Of a DNA stretch of 64,000 nucleotides, positions 23,983 to 35,704 are shown in pieces. Below the pieces are notes generated by a model. That model ran no database searches. It saw nothing but the letters and a program-made list of their open reading frames with translations, and was not told the origin of the DNA. This stretch comes from Isurus oxyrinchus (Eukaryota): assembly GCA_026770705.1 (NCBI GenBank), contig JANJGN010000021.1, positions 88,412,001-88,476,000 of the forward strand, in the 5' to 3' direction. Within the stretch, counting starts at the first letter, position 1, and each line of letters starts with the position of its first letter. A program made the translations under genes and the position numbers.

Positions 23983-24260
23983 CCACAACTCAAACTTTCA
24001 GCCCCCGGCCAGGGATCCGCCTGGATGCGCCTGTCAGACTCTTCAGACCCGGGAGTCTGGTTCAGGTTCAATCCCTCCAGCAGCGACAGTACCACAAACA
24101 AAACAAAACAAAAACACCCGCTCTCAATGCGCCCCAGGAACAGCCTGACACTTCCTGCTCTGTGAACACGGGGATGGGGTGAGGGGCGGAATGAGCGAAT
24201 CTGCATCAAACCCGGAAAAACTCTGATCAGACTCAGCCTCTTTCACAACATCTCGCGGAG
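23983..24260 (-). promoter_or_regulatory. CpG-rich candidate promoter/5' UTR of the minus-strand Ig gene
   Basis: Local CpG enrichment against a CpG-poor background and a GC box (GGGGCGG, ~24183) upstream of the leader ATG. Confidence 0.4.
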
Positions 24261-24289
24261 AGAATTAGCGTTTCAGTTCAGACTCAGAA

Positions 24290-24990
24290 CTCAGTAGCCA
24301 AGGAGACCAGTCAGCCCATCTCTCTGGGCAGCAATCCACTCCCATTGCCCACCCACACCCACACCCCCTCTATTCCTGTAACTCTGCAAGTTTATTTCCC
24401 TCAAGTGTCCATCCAATTTTCTTTCGCCTCTGCTTCCACCATCCTGGTGGGCAGCCTCATTCCCTCTGGCTGCATTCAAAAAAATTCTTCCACACAGCAC
24501 CACCCACCACCCCCTCCCAACGCCTTTCCCAATCCCCCTATCCCTTGCCCAAAACCTGAAGTCTGTGCCTCCTAGACTCTGTACCCTCACCTACGTAATG
24601 GCAACAGTTTTTCTTTGTCAACCTGTCCTTATTTTGTATGCGTCAATCTCCTTTGCGCTGAGGAGAATATCCCCAGTTCCTCCAATTTAGCCTTTCAGCT
24701 AAAATTCTTTATCCCTGGAATGATTCTAGTAATCTCCTTGGCACCCACCCCAGGACCCTCACATCCCTCCTGTGTAGTGTAGTGACCAGAAGTGGATACA
24801 AGACTCGAGCTGCGGCCAAACCAGGGCTTTCTAAATGTTCAGCATAGCTTCCCTGCTCTTCAACACCATCTCTGTAAAACCAACGATCCTGTGTGCTTTG
24901 TTATTTATTTTCTAATATGTCCCGCTGCATTCAAGTATGAACCCCCAGGTTCCTCGGCCCACGCACAATCTTTACAACCATGCCCGATGA
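24290..24990 (-). mobile_element. CR1 3' fragment, old
   Basis: Degenerate reverse-strand CR1 RT C-terminus and 3' UTR. Confidence 0.6.
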
Positions 24991-25039
24991 CGTCCTATAT
25001 GTGACTGTGGCAAAGGTGAATTTTCCCTCCTCGTCCTTC

Positions 25040-26356
25040 TTTGATTGTCTGCAGCCTTTTGGACACAGTCCTCCAGCACCATCCTTCTCCAACACCTCCT
25101 CACTGTCGTTCAGCTGAATGGGACTGATCTCACCTGGTCCCATTCTTACCTATTTAATTGCAGAAAATCACTTGCAATGGCTTCTCTTCCTGCTCCTGCA
25201 TACTTCTGGTGTACTCCAAGGATCTATATTGGGTTCTGTTATGACCACAGCTGATGTTATATGCTGAACAATCCAAATCCTGGAGGGAAACATGTCTTGC
25301 TGATCTAACATTTTTTTTGTATTTTGAAAATTAAGGAAGAACTACTGATCCTAGAAGCATTGAATCCCAGTAACACTTTTACAGTTTGAAAATTAGAAGA
25401 TTTATTTGCAAGAAAGTAAAACTTAAGCACAAGGTTAAAATTACACAGTTAACAGTCTTACAAAGCATTCCCCCAAAAAAACTCACTTGCTCAAAACACA
25501 AAAATAAACTACTTGGCACAGCTCCCTTATAGATTTTTAACCATAAAAATTCAGTAATATTACCCAAGGCAAAAACTGCTGCTCCAAGATTAAATTCCAC
25601 AGTTAAACAGCCTTACAAAACATTTCCCCCAAAAAATCCACTTGGTCAAAACACACAAGTGAACGACTTGGCAAAAACTCCCATAAAAATTTTTAACCAT
25701 AAAAATCCAGTAATATTATCCAAGGCAAAAACTGCTGCTACTATTTTAATAAAGTATACCACACAACTACTCACTTTCACTCTGCTGTGGAATGGAAGGA
25801 AGTTCAGAAACAAACCACTTTCTGAAAATAAAGACTTTTCTGGCTTGAAACTGGATGGCTGCTTCAAATTCACAACTTTTTGCAGCACAGAGCTGGTCTC
25901 AGGACATCTCTCCCACACAGGCATCAGATCTCAATTAAACATCTTTTCTTTGATATCCTTTCCCCCTTTGATCTTAGACTCCATTGTTCTAAGCACCTCT
26001 TTGAACTCAATTTTTCCAAAATATAAAAATCTTTCATGTGAAAATTATTGCCTCCAATTTTGGGAAAAATGAAACTTAATAACCTTCCCTTGTTTACCTA
26101 TGAAACCTTTGTAATTTGTAAAAGTTCCTTGTCACTTCTAAACTCCCTTTGAAATTTAACACCCTGAAAGGTCAAGTTCTTACTTACCTTACAATGCAAA
26201 TTTCAAACCCAAACTATTTACTCATAGATTCAACATCACCATAGCCTTTCATTACAAATGCATGCATTTATTACCTTTACCTTTTATCTCTCTGCTCCCG
26301 CAGGCAATCTGTCTTTACTAACCTTCCCTCAGTTTAATTACACATACACATGCGTG

Positions 26357-26389
<33 letters not shown>

Positions 26390-27412
26390 GGCCTTCTTTA
26401 CAGAAAAGCACCGTAGTTCCAAAAATATTTAAAAAAAATAACATCTATCTTCACAGCCTCCTTTTTTTTCATTTATATGCTTCCCCTTGGTTACATCTAA
26501 CAGAAGCACAATGTTAGTTTTCACAGGTGCACTAATGACACCCAGCTCGACCACCCCTCTCAACATCTACTGTTGCTGAACAATCAGTCTATTTATCCGA
26601 TATCAGGATAAGCAAATATTTCCTCCAGTTAAATATTGGGAAGACTGAAGCCACTGTTTTGGGTCCCATCTTTCTCTGAGGCAACAGCCTGAGATTAAAC
26701 CAGTCTGTTCACAATGTTGGTCTTACATTTGACCCTGAGTTCAGCTCTTGACTCATATCGATGCTGTCAGTAATACCACCTATTTCCGCCTCCATAACAT
26801 TGTCTGACTTTTTCCCTGCCTCAGTTCATCTGCTGCAGAAACCCCCATTCATGCCTTCAGTACTTTTAGACTTGACTATTCCAATGCACTCCCAGCTGCT
26901 TTTCCACAATCGACCCTCCATAAACTTGAGATCATCTAAACTTTGTTTCCTGTGCTTTAACTTGAAGCAAATCCTGTCCCCCTATCACCTCTCTGCTCAC
27001 TGACCCACATTAGCTCCCTGTCAAGCAACATCTTGATTTTAAAATTCCCATTCTTGTTTTCAGGTCCCACCACAGCCTCACCCATTTCCTTATCAACCAG
27101 CTGTAACGCTGTGAGATATCTGTGCTCCTCTAATTCTGGCCTGTTATACTTCCCTGATTTTAATTGGCTCAACATTGGTGGCTGTGCCTTTGGTTGCCTA
27201 GACCCCAAACTCTGGATTTCCCTCCCTGCGCCTTGAATTCTCTCTAACTTGCTTTCATCCTTTCATCCATTCACTAAAATCTACCTTTTTGACTAAGATT
27301 TTGAACATCTGGCCTGAAGTCTCCTTATGTGGCTCAGTGTAACTTTTTTAAAAATAAAATGCTTCGGTGAAAAACCTCAGAATGTTTTATGAAGTTAAAT
27401 GCTCTATTGTTG
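25040..27412 (+). mobile_element. L2 LINE (RT to 3' end) interrupted by a 1.2-kb insertion
   Basis: GVLQGSILG (~25208-25234) resumes as LLFFIYMLPLG (~26458). It is followed by QLNIGKTE, RLDYSNAL and the L2 tail. Confidence 0.75.
25237..26455. mobile_element. TG...CA-bounded insertion (solo-LTR-like) with an internal ~155-bp tandem duplication and (CA)n
   Basis: Starts TGTTATGA and ends TCACA, splitting an L2 RT motif. The duplicated unit is ~25445-25590 vs ~25600-25740. No clean TSD seen. Confidence 0.55.
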
Positions 27413-27479
27413 TCGGATATTGCTTTTTGTGGACAGGACATAAATGGGCAATATCCACGTTGTCGGGTAGGTGCCTCTC

Positions 27480-28400
27480 AACATTGAAGTCAATGGGAAT
27501 TGAGGGAAAACTCCCTATTGGTTGATGTCATAGCTAGAACAAAAGAAGATTGTTGTGATTGTTGGAGGCCAATCAGCCCCAGGACCTCACTGCAAAAATT
27601 CCTCAGGGTAGTGTCCTAGGCCCAATCATTTTCAAATGCTTAATTAATCACATTCCCTCCATTATAAGGTCAGAGATGAGGTATATGCTGATAATTGTAG
27701 TGTTCTGTACCATTCACAACTCCACAGATACTGAAGCAGTCCATGTCCATATGCAGCAAGACCTGAACAATAGCCAGGCTTGATCTGACAAGTAGCAATT
27801 AACATTCATGCCACACAAGTGCCAGGCAATGACCATCTCCAACAAGAGAAAATCTAACCATCTCCCCTTAATATTTAACAGCATTACCATTGCAGAATCC
27901 TCATTATCAACATCCACTTTATAGATATGTAACTGGACCAGCCATAATAATACTGTAGCTACATGAGCAGGTCAGAGGGTGGAAATTCCATGGCACGTAA
28001 TTCACCTGCTGACTCCCCAGAGCCTGTCCACTGTGGATGGAATGCTCTTTATTTGCCTGGATGAGTACAACTCCAACAGCATTCAAGAAATCCAGGACAA
28101 AGCAGCACGTTACCACGACACCACCATCACCCTTGATTCAACAGCTGAGGGAAGATAGTAGGTGGCAACCAGCATGCAGTTTCCTTGCCCATGGTTGACT
28201 GGATGCCATAAGACCTCATGGCGTCAGGAGTCAATGTTGAGGACATCCAGGGCCACTTCTTCATGGCTGTATACCACTGTGCTGCCCCCTCTGTCCTGCT
28301 GGTGGGACAGGACAAAGTCAGGGATGATGATGGAGGAGCTGGGACATTGGCTATAAGGCATGTTTCAGTATGACTGTTGATCTCCCAATTTTGACGCAAG
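27480..28400. mobile_element. Fragments of a second CR1-group LINE family (family B): RT on +, endonuclease on -
   Basis: PQGSVLGPIIF and CQAMTISNKR on +; 28110-28400 is the reverse complement of 58200-58480. Confidence 0.75.
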
Positions 28401-28414
28401 TCCCTAGATGTTAC

Positions 28415-28530
28415 AAGTTAATTGAATTTAAATTCCACCAGCTGCCATTGTGGGATTTGAACTTGTGTTTCCAGAGTCTTAGTCTGCACCTCTGGATCAC
28501 TAGCCCAGTAACATTACCCAATGCTGCCAT
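28415..28530 (-). mobile_element. tRNA-derived SINE head
   Basis: The reverse complement has GGTAATGTTACTGGGCTAGTGATCCAGAGG...AAGTTCAAATCCC, i.e. A/B-box-like motifs. Confidence 0.5.
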
Positions 28531-29289
28531 TTCCCCAATAGCGGCATTTGATTTTGGAAGATGTTGGTGGGTATGAACAGTGTGGCTTTCCTAAGAAGAG
28601 TTGGTACAGCTGGAGTTGGATGGGTCATGTAAAGAGCAGTCGGAAGGCAAACACTGGCAAACACTAGGATTTGAAGGGCATCAAGAACAGGTTTGAAGCA
28701 AAGAAGGAGCAGAATGGATGTCAAATCAATGGGGAAGAAATACCATGAAGACTAATTATGTAAAGAATATTATAAAGTTATAATCATAGGTGAGACAGAG
28801 CAGGGCCCATTCTTTAAGAGAGCAGAAGTGGGCAGATAGGTGGTGATGGAACACAGCAGTAGGAGGCGTACATGGTAAAGAAATCAAAATATTTGAAAGG
28901 TAAATTTATAAATCGTCTAAAATATGAACACACAAAATTTAAAAAAAATACTGAGTGAAACTAAAGCTTTAGACTCTTATCTGCGCAGAACCCAACCCAA
29001 ATCCAGCTTCCAGCTTTATAACGCTAAAATGGCTATAATGTAGCATAGATTGGCAATTGTCCTGAGTTATTTACACAAATGATCTGACATGGTTTCCTCA
29101 TGATGTGGACCTACTCAGAAATCGGGTGAGAAAGTGATTCAGTGTCCCTGTGGAAAGGTTGGGGAATTTGATGGGGTTCAGTGTCTCTATGAAAGGTTGG
29201 GGCATCTGATTGGGTGCAATATTTGTGTGAACCTTTTCCAGAGGTGATTAGAGATGTGAGAGTAACTGATGAGATACAATTGGATAAGT

Positions 29290-30965
29290 AGGAAAGATGA
29301 GGCAGCAGCATTCGCAACAATCTTCAGCCAGAAGTGCCATGTGGATGATCCACCTCGGCCTCCTCTGGAGGTCCCCAGCATCACAGATGCCAATCTTCAG
29401 CCAATTCGATTCACTCCACGTGATATCAAGAAATGGCTGAAAGCACTGGATACTGCAAAGGCGAGGGGCCCTGTCAACATTCCGGTAATAGTACTGAAGA
29501 CTTCTGCTCCAGAACTTGCCGCACCCTTAGCCAAGCTGTTCCAGTACAGCTACAACACTGGCATATTTCCGGCCATGTGGAAAATTGTCCAGGTATGTCC
29601 TGTACACAAAAAGCAACCCGACCAATTACCCCTCCATCGGTCTACTCTCCATCGTCAGTAAACTAATGGAAGGAGTCATCAACAGTGCTATCAAGCGGCA
29701 CTTGCTTAGCAACATCCAGCTTACTGATGCCCAGTTTGGGATCTGCCAGGGCCACTCAGCTCTTGACCTCATTACAGCCTTGGTTCAAACATGGACAAAA
29801 GAGCTGAACTCCCGAGGTGAGATGAGAGTGACCGACCTTGACATCAAGGCAGCATTTGACCAAGTGTAGCATCAAGGAGCCCTAGTAAAACAAGTCAATG
29901 GGAATCAGGAGGAAAACTCTCTGCTGGTTGGAGTCATACCAAGAACAAAGGAAGTTGGTGTGGTTGTTGCCCTGGGACATCACTGCAGGAGTTCCTCAGT
30001 AAAAGTGTCCTAGGCCCAACCATCTTTAGCTGCTTCATCAATGACCTTTCTTCCATCATAAGGTCAAAAGTGGGAATGTTCGCTGATGATTGCCCAATGT
30101 TCAGCACCATTCTCAACTCCTCAGATACTGAAGCAGCCCATGTCCAAATGCAGCAAGATCTGGACAATATCCAGGGCTGACAAGTGGCAAGTAACACCAC
30201 TCAAGTGTCAGGCAATGACCATCTCCAACAAGAGAGAATCCAACCATTGCCCCTTGATGTTCAATGGCATTACCATCACTGAATCCCCCACTATCAACAT
30301 CTTGGTGGTTATCATTGACCAGAAACTGAACTGGACAAGCCATATAAATACTGTGGCTACAAGAGCAGGTCAGAAGCTAGGAATCCTGCGACAAGTAACT
30401 CACCTCCTGTCTCTCCAAAGCCTATCCACCATCTACAAGGCACAAGTCAGGAGTGTGATGGAATACTCCCCACTTGCCTGAATGAGTGCTTCTCCTACAA
30501 CACTGAAGAAACTGGACACCATTCAGGACAAAGCAGTTCACTTGATTGGCACCACATCCACAAACATTCATTTCCTCCACCACTGACACACAGTAGCAAC
30601 AGTATGTACCATCTACAAGATGCACTGCAGGAATTCACCAAGGCTCCTTAGACAGCACCTTCCAAACCCATGATCACTACCACCTAGAGAGACAAAGGCA
30701 GCAGATATATGGGAACACCACCACCTGGAAGTTCCCCTCCAAGTCACTCACCATCCTGACTTGGAAATATATCGCCGTTCCTTCACTGTCGCTGGGTCAA
30801 AATCCTGGAACTCCCTCCCTAACAGCACTGTGGGTGTACCTACACCACATGGACTGCAGCGGTTCAAGAAGGTGGCTCACCACCACCTTCTCAAGGGCAA
30901 TTAGGGATGGGCAATAAATGCTGGCCCAGCCAGCGAAGCCCACATCCTGTGAATGAATAAAAAAA
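29290..30965 (+). mobile_element. Family B LINE, 5'-truncated (RT + 3' UTR + A tail)
   Basis: LDIKAAFDQV, FADD, YKAQVRSVMEYSPLA; ends GGGCAATAAATGCTGGCC...GAATGAATAAAAAAA. Confidence 0.9.
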
Positions 30966-31109
30966 TGTGGTACTTGTTGATAGAAATGTCACTTCATTTT
31001 TTAAAAAATCTTAAAACCAATAATTCTAAAATATAAAAGGGATTAAAATATTAATTCTTTTCTGGGGAACATGCCAATAGGCCCTCAGGGATTTCATTAC
31101 CAATCTTCC

Positions 31110-31540
31110 AGGAATGGGCGGGTTGTCTTATGAGGAAAGGTTAGATAGGCTAGGCTGGAGCTCAGAAGAATAAGAGGTGACTTGATTGAAACATATAAGA
31201 TCCTGAAGGATCTTGACGGGATGCATGTGAAAATGGTGCTTCCTCTTGTGGGAGAATCTAGAACTAGGGATCACTGTTTAATAATAAGGCATCACCCATT
31301 TAAGATAGATATGAGGAGAAATTTGTTCTCTCAGAGGCTGGTGAGTCTTTGGAACTTTCTTCCTCGAAAGGCGGTTGAAGGAGAGACTTTGAATATTTTT
31401 AAGGCAGAAGTAGGTATATTTTTGATAATCAAGGGGTGATAGGTTATTGGGGGTTAGCAGTAATGTGGGGTTGAAGTTACAATCAGAGTGGGCTGGTGGG
31501 GCCGTGGCAGACTCCTGCTCCTAATTCGTACATTCATACG
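31110..31540 (+). mobile_element. CR1 3' end
   Basis: IETYKILK...FSQRLVSLWNFLP, with the CR1 3' UTR ending CTCCTGCTCCTAATTCGTA. Confidence 0.85.
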
Positions 31541-31542
31541 TT

Positions 31543-31694
31543 TCACATTTTAGTCTCTTGTTCATGCTGTTGTTTGTAGTTTCTTTGCTCCCAAGTGAAG
31601 ACTATTGTTCATGCCGTAAACTTGCAAAACTTGTTTTCAAGCAATTGACATTTTCTTGAGGATGCAGCATTCCGTGTAGGTTTTGACACCGGTT
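31543..31694 (-). pseudogene. Degenerate IgC2 pseudo-exon, paralogous to 17600-17866
   Basis: Reads (E)PVSKP...FCKFTA*TIVFTW after a broken acceptor (ccacac). The adjacent intron 31711-31815 matches 17871-17990. Confidence 0.5.
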
Positions 31695-32286
31695 GTGTGG
31701 AAGGTAATGAACAGAGATAAGACAACATTATTGCTTTGCATTATGCCAGGTTAGTTAATAAGAGCTTGCCTTTCACACATATCTCATTATGCCTAAATCC
31801 GGAAGTTAACTTCTGACTCCATTCTCCTACCACAAAGACTGCCCACACTTCCTCTCTGCAACATTGCCAAGCTTTGCTCAGACTTTGACCCAGCTGCCAA
31901 GCTGAGCCCTCACTCTGACCCCAGTTTTGACTATTCCAATGTTCCCTGCACCGTTCCCCTGCCCACCACACTCCTTACACATCACCCCCGTCCTCATTAG
32001 TCTACAGGGGGACGAAGCGAGTGGCCTGTCAGACCCTCAGTCAAGCAGAGCCTCTCTCCCTGCTTCCCGCCAGTGCCACCAATCGGACAGTTCCATATTG
32101 CAGGCAGCATTCCCCACCTCACACCCCATCCCCCTATGACCCACCAATAACCACCCATGATCCAACTAACATTAGAAACATTGAAATATCCAACACTAAA
32201 CCCTCAACACAGGACTGGGCAAAGCATGTGGATTGTTACTGAGATTCTGTCTGTGGTTTTTAGTGATGTCAGTGCGGATTGTATAG

Positions 32287-32289
<3 letters not shown>

Positions 32290-32330
<41 letters not shown>
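32290..32330 (+). repeat. (TG)n microsatellite
   Basis: Direct; a second (TG)n lies at ~32580-32608. Confidence 0.95.
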
Positions 32331-32331
<1 letters not shown>

Positions 32332-32576
32332 CTCAGTGTCACTGGTGCCATAAGGCAAAGCAAATGTCTCCCCACATCCTCTCACCCCACCACCTCCTCA
32401 CCCGCCCCCATCCTCTTCTAAAGTGTCCAACAGTTTTCCTGGCACTTTTAAAGACATTTCAAAAATTAGAGCTAAACACAATCTCAGTTCCACTTCCATT
32501 TTAAATGTTTGTGCGTTTTTATTGATGTCACTGTGGATTGTAACTAATATTGTGGCCGCCTATATCCCGACAGTAG

Positions 32577-32609
<33 letters not shown>

Positions 32610-32769
32610 TCAGTACATGTCCATAATGAACCCCAGGGTCCCTTCAAAGCTTGACTGCCCCCACCCCGTCTCGTGACCTCCTGACACTTGCAGTTCTTCA
32701 TTGCTGAAGAACCTCATCTCCAACTCCTTTTCAAACATGGCGAGCGATTCCCTCAGGGAGCAGAGCTGG

Positions 32770-33020
32770 ATCTCTCCCTATGTCTCTCTCACTCCATTTC
32801 TCCATCTGTCTCTCCTGCCCACACACACTCTGCCTCCCCCACCCCTCTCTCCCTCTCTCTCAGTCTCTCCTCTGCGGCTCCTGAACTCTGTTTGTCCACC
32901 TATGTTTCTCCCCCTCTCAGCAAATCTCTCCCTGTTTCACCCACTGTCTCTCTCTCTCTGTCTCTTCTTCACTCATCTCTCCCTTGTGATTCCCTCTCCT
33001 TCTACTTCTCTCTCTCCATC
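32770..33020 (+). repeat. CT-rich low-complexity tract
   Basis: Degenerate (CT)n. Confidence 0.85.
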
Positions 33021-33032
33021 TTCAATTCACAC

Positions 33033-33094
33033 ATCACTTCTTGGCCTTTTGGCTAAGATCAGTTTCTAAGTGCAGCATCTGTTCTGATCAGCTT
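33033..33094 (+). pseudogene. U2: U2 snRNA 5' fragment (nt 1-55) forming the head of a retroelement
   Basis: ATCACTTCTTGGCCTTTTGGCTAAGATC[AGTTTCT]AAGTGCAGCATCTGTTCTGATCAGCTT versus recalled U2 ATCGCTTCTCGGCCTTTTGGCTAAGATCAAGTGTAGTATCTGTTCTTATCAGTTT: 49/55 matches plus a 7-nt insertion. Confidence 0.9.
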
Positions 33095-34995
33095 CTTCTG
33101 CAAGTGCAAGCTTCAGTGCCTAACACTGGGAGCTTGAAAAGGTGATGGCTGCAACCAGTTGAGCCCCAAACCAGGGGGTACATAACACCGTTAGGGTGGC
33201 AGTGAAGGACAGTGAAGGAGATACACCCATGGACCGTGCCTTCTTCATTAAGAGAATCCTTTTGGAGTCCTGTGGATTTGAAGCCATGGAGATCGACTCT
33301 CTGCAGGATTTCTCCAGCGTTGGGTACTTTGATGTGACTTTCAAGAATATTGCTGCCTGCGTCAAGTTCCTGAAGGACTTCAAGAAGAGAGACCTGCTGC
33401 AGATGAGGATCCAGACGGTGGAGCTGCTTTTTTCTCTGCCATTGCAACGGGACCGAGTGGTGATTGTGTACCTCTACAATCCCCATGTCCCTGTGGCCGA
33501 CGTGTTCACCTTCCTCGCTGGGAACGTCGACAAGGTTGGGAGATGCACCGAGGGGCGAGACGCCTTTGAGATTTGGACAAGCAAACGCCAGGTTAAGGTC
33601 ACGCTCAAGGCGGATGGTAAAGGAGCCGTCTTCCACCCTCCTTCCAGATTCGCTATCGGGGGAAGCCGTGGCTACCTTGTCTATGCTGGGCACCACAAAC
33701 TTCGTCGCTCATGTGGCAAGTCTGGTCATGTGGCGGCCAACTGCAGCGCCGTCCTCTGCAAGACATGCAAACAGGAAGGGCACCAGACAAAGGACTGCAA
33801 ACAGACTAAGTGCTGCAACCTGTGAGACGAGGCAGGCCACCTCTAGAAGACCTGCCCAATCGCTGCCTCGGGCAGGCCTATGCACAGGCGGCCTAAACCA
33901 ACAAGGGGGGAAGCAGGCAAAATGGTCAATGTCGCTACTGCCAAGGACACTTGCAACCCTCCAAGCACCAAGGCCTCCAATAAGCACAATGGTACAAAGG
34001 AGATCAAGATGAAGGGATGCAAACGGCCAAACAACTGCACTGCCCAATGAGCCTCCCACTCCTCAGTAGAGCGAATCAATGGAGGAGGAAGCAGTAGACA
34101 ATCAACTGGGCAAGTGGCAGCTGGTGAAGAGAGCCAAAAGGAAGAAGGGGCTAAGAAGGGACCAAGCCACTTCCCAGACAAGTGGCAAAAGGCGTCTCCC
34201 ATCTGACACGGATGCCCCCGCACCCCCAAAAACCCCCCGCTCCCCACCACCACTCCCCACCCCCCCACCCCCCTCCCCACCTCCCCCCAGCTCCTTTAGC
34301 CCCTGGGATCGACAGCTGCAATCAGGCTGCTGAAGATGAGTGTTTTAAACTTTTGCTTTAACTGAAAAGGTAATTTAAGTGTGTGTAGAACACAGTGAGG
34401 GGCTGAGTATCCTAAAGAGCGACTTGTAAGTCTGTGTGACTTTAAACTGTGTGAATGTATGTAGTGAATACTAAATGTATCATAATTGTATCTTCAACTC
34501 AGTGAAAGACGCTCTTTGGTCTGCACAAAACTTATTGATCTTCCAGTGCAAAGAGTTGTCCCCGACCGAGTGTTGCAGATTGGCACATTCCAAGGACCAG
34601 GACTATGTGCTGAGACACGCACTAAAGCTTGGGGCAGCCGGCGGAAAGGCCCAATGGGGAAAGATTACTGTCTAAGACCTTTCTGCCATCGTGCTCCGAG
34701 GGGCTGGGAATTGTATAGACTCCTCGGGCTGTATGCAGTGAATTAAATTCAATAATTGTATTGAAGCACCTCAGAGTGCAACATGATGTACGTTGATAAC
34801 TTCAATACCATTGCACTGTCTGACTGTCTGTAATGATCATATTGAAATGACTAATATTCATTGATTGTATTAAAGCACCTCGTGCTCCATGTGTAAAATT
34901 TGAATCTGATTGCACTTTTTGTGATGGCCATTTAGAAATGTTTTGTAATGTTCTTCCAGATATTTTATGAATAAAGTATATTTGTCCAAAAAAAA
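33033..34995 (+). mobile_element. Tx1-clade non-LTR element: U2 head, gag-like ORF1 with 3 CCHC knuckles, only the C-terminal tip of ORF2, 3' UTR, poly(A)
   Basis: ATG at 33145, with an in-frame TGA at codon 6, then GVHNTVRV. Knuckles: SCGKSGHVAANC, CKTCKQEGHQTKDC, CNL*DEAGHL*KTC. ORF2 tip NSVKDALWSAQN...QWGK at ~34495-34675. AATAAA at ~34970, then an A run. Confidence 0.85.
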
Positions 34996-35194
34996 TGTGT
35001 GTGTGCGTATACAAGGAGGGGGTAGGGGAAGAGTGTTGCTGAGCCCTGTCTGAATCTCCAGCTGGTTCAGTCTCAGTTTCTTGACCCTGAGTGGCCTCTG
35101 GATAGGTTGCATTCCCTGGAATTGGCCATGTGCTGTGGAAAGTGCATCAGGAATTGCAGAGAGAAAGCTCAGTCGGCTGTGTGTGAGGTGAGTA

Positions 35195-35390
35195 ATGGAC
35201 TTCTCCTACTCACTGCCTATGAGGGTGGGGGAAGCAGAGGTGATCAATGAAAAAGAAATTGGGTGGATGTTTGAGGGAAATAAACTTGCAGGGCTACATG
35301 GGTAGAGCGTGGGTATGAGACTGACTGGATATCTCTACATGAACTCATTGGGATGAATGGCCTGCTCCTGTGCCTTGATGACTTACGATG
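35195..35390 (+). mobile_element. CR1 3' end, old
   Basis: GAATGGCCTGCTCCTGTGC-type terminus. Confidence 0.55.
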
Positions 35391-35704
35391 ATTAGCTCAG
35401 GTTGTCTACTCTTAGAGCTCATCTGGAAGTTCTCTATTATGACCCGTGTATTCTCTAGTTTCTATGAGGTGCAAACCCAGTGGCTGCACCGGGTAAGGTG
35501 GATTGCTGCTGAGAATATGAAGAGGATATTTCAGATGACCTTTTCAAATCAACACCCTCAAGAGGCTGTGGGCCATGATGGTCTCACCTAGACTATACCA
35601 TCTCAGCATCAGCGAGTAAGGGAAGGTATTGTTCAAAGTGCTATCAAGTGGGACCTACTCACCAATAACCTGCTCACCAGTACTCAGGTTTGATTCTGCC
35701 AGGA

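Noticed and set aside
32688-33069. Ser/Leu/Pro-rich ORFs
   Set aside because: They are translations of a CT-rich low-complexity tract.
33033-33094. Functional U2 snRNA gene
   Set aside because: Only 55 nt are present, with no Sm site or 3' half, an altered branch-point recognition sequence and no evident PSE.
33196-33825. ZCCHC3-like host gene
   Set aside because: In-frame stops, the adjacent ORF2 remnant and the poly(A) tail mark it as retroelement ORF1.
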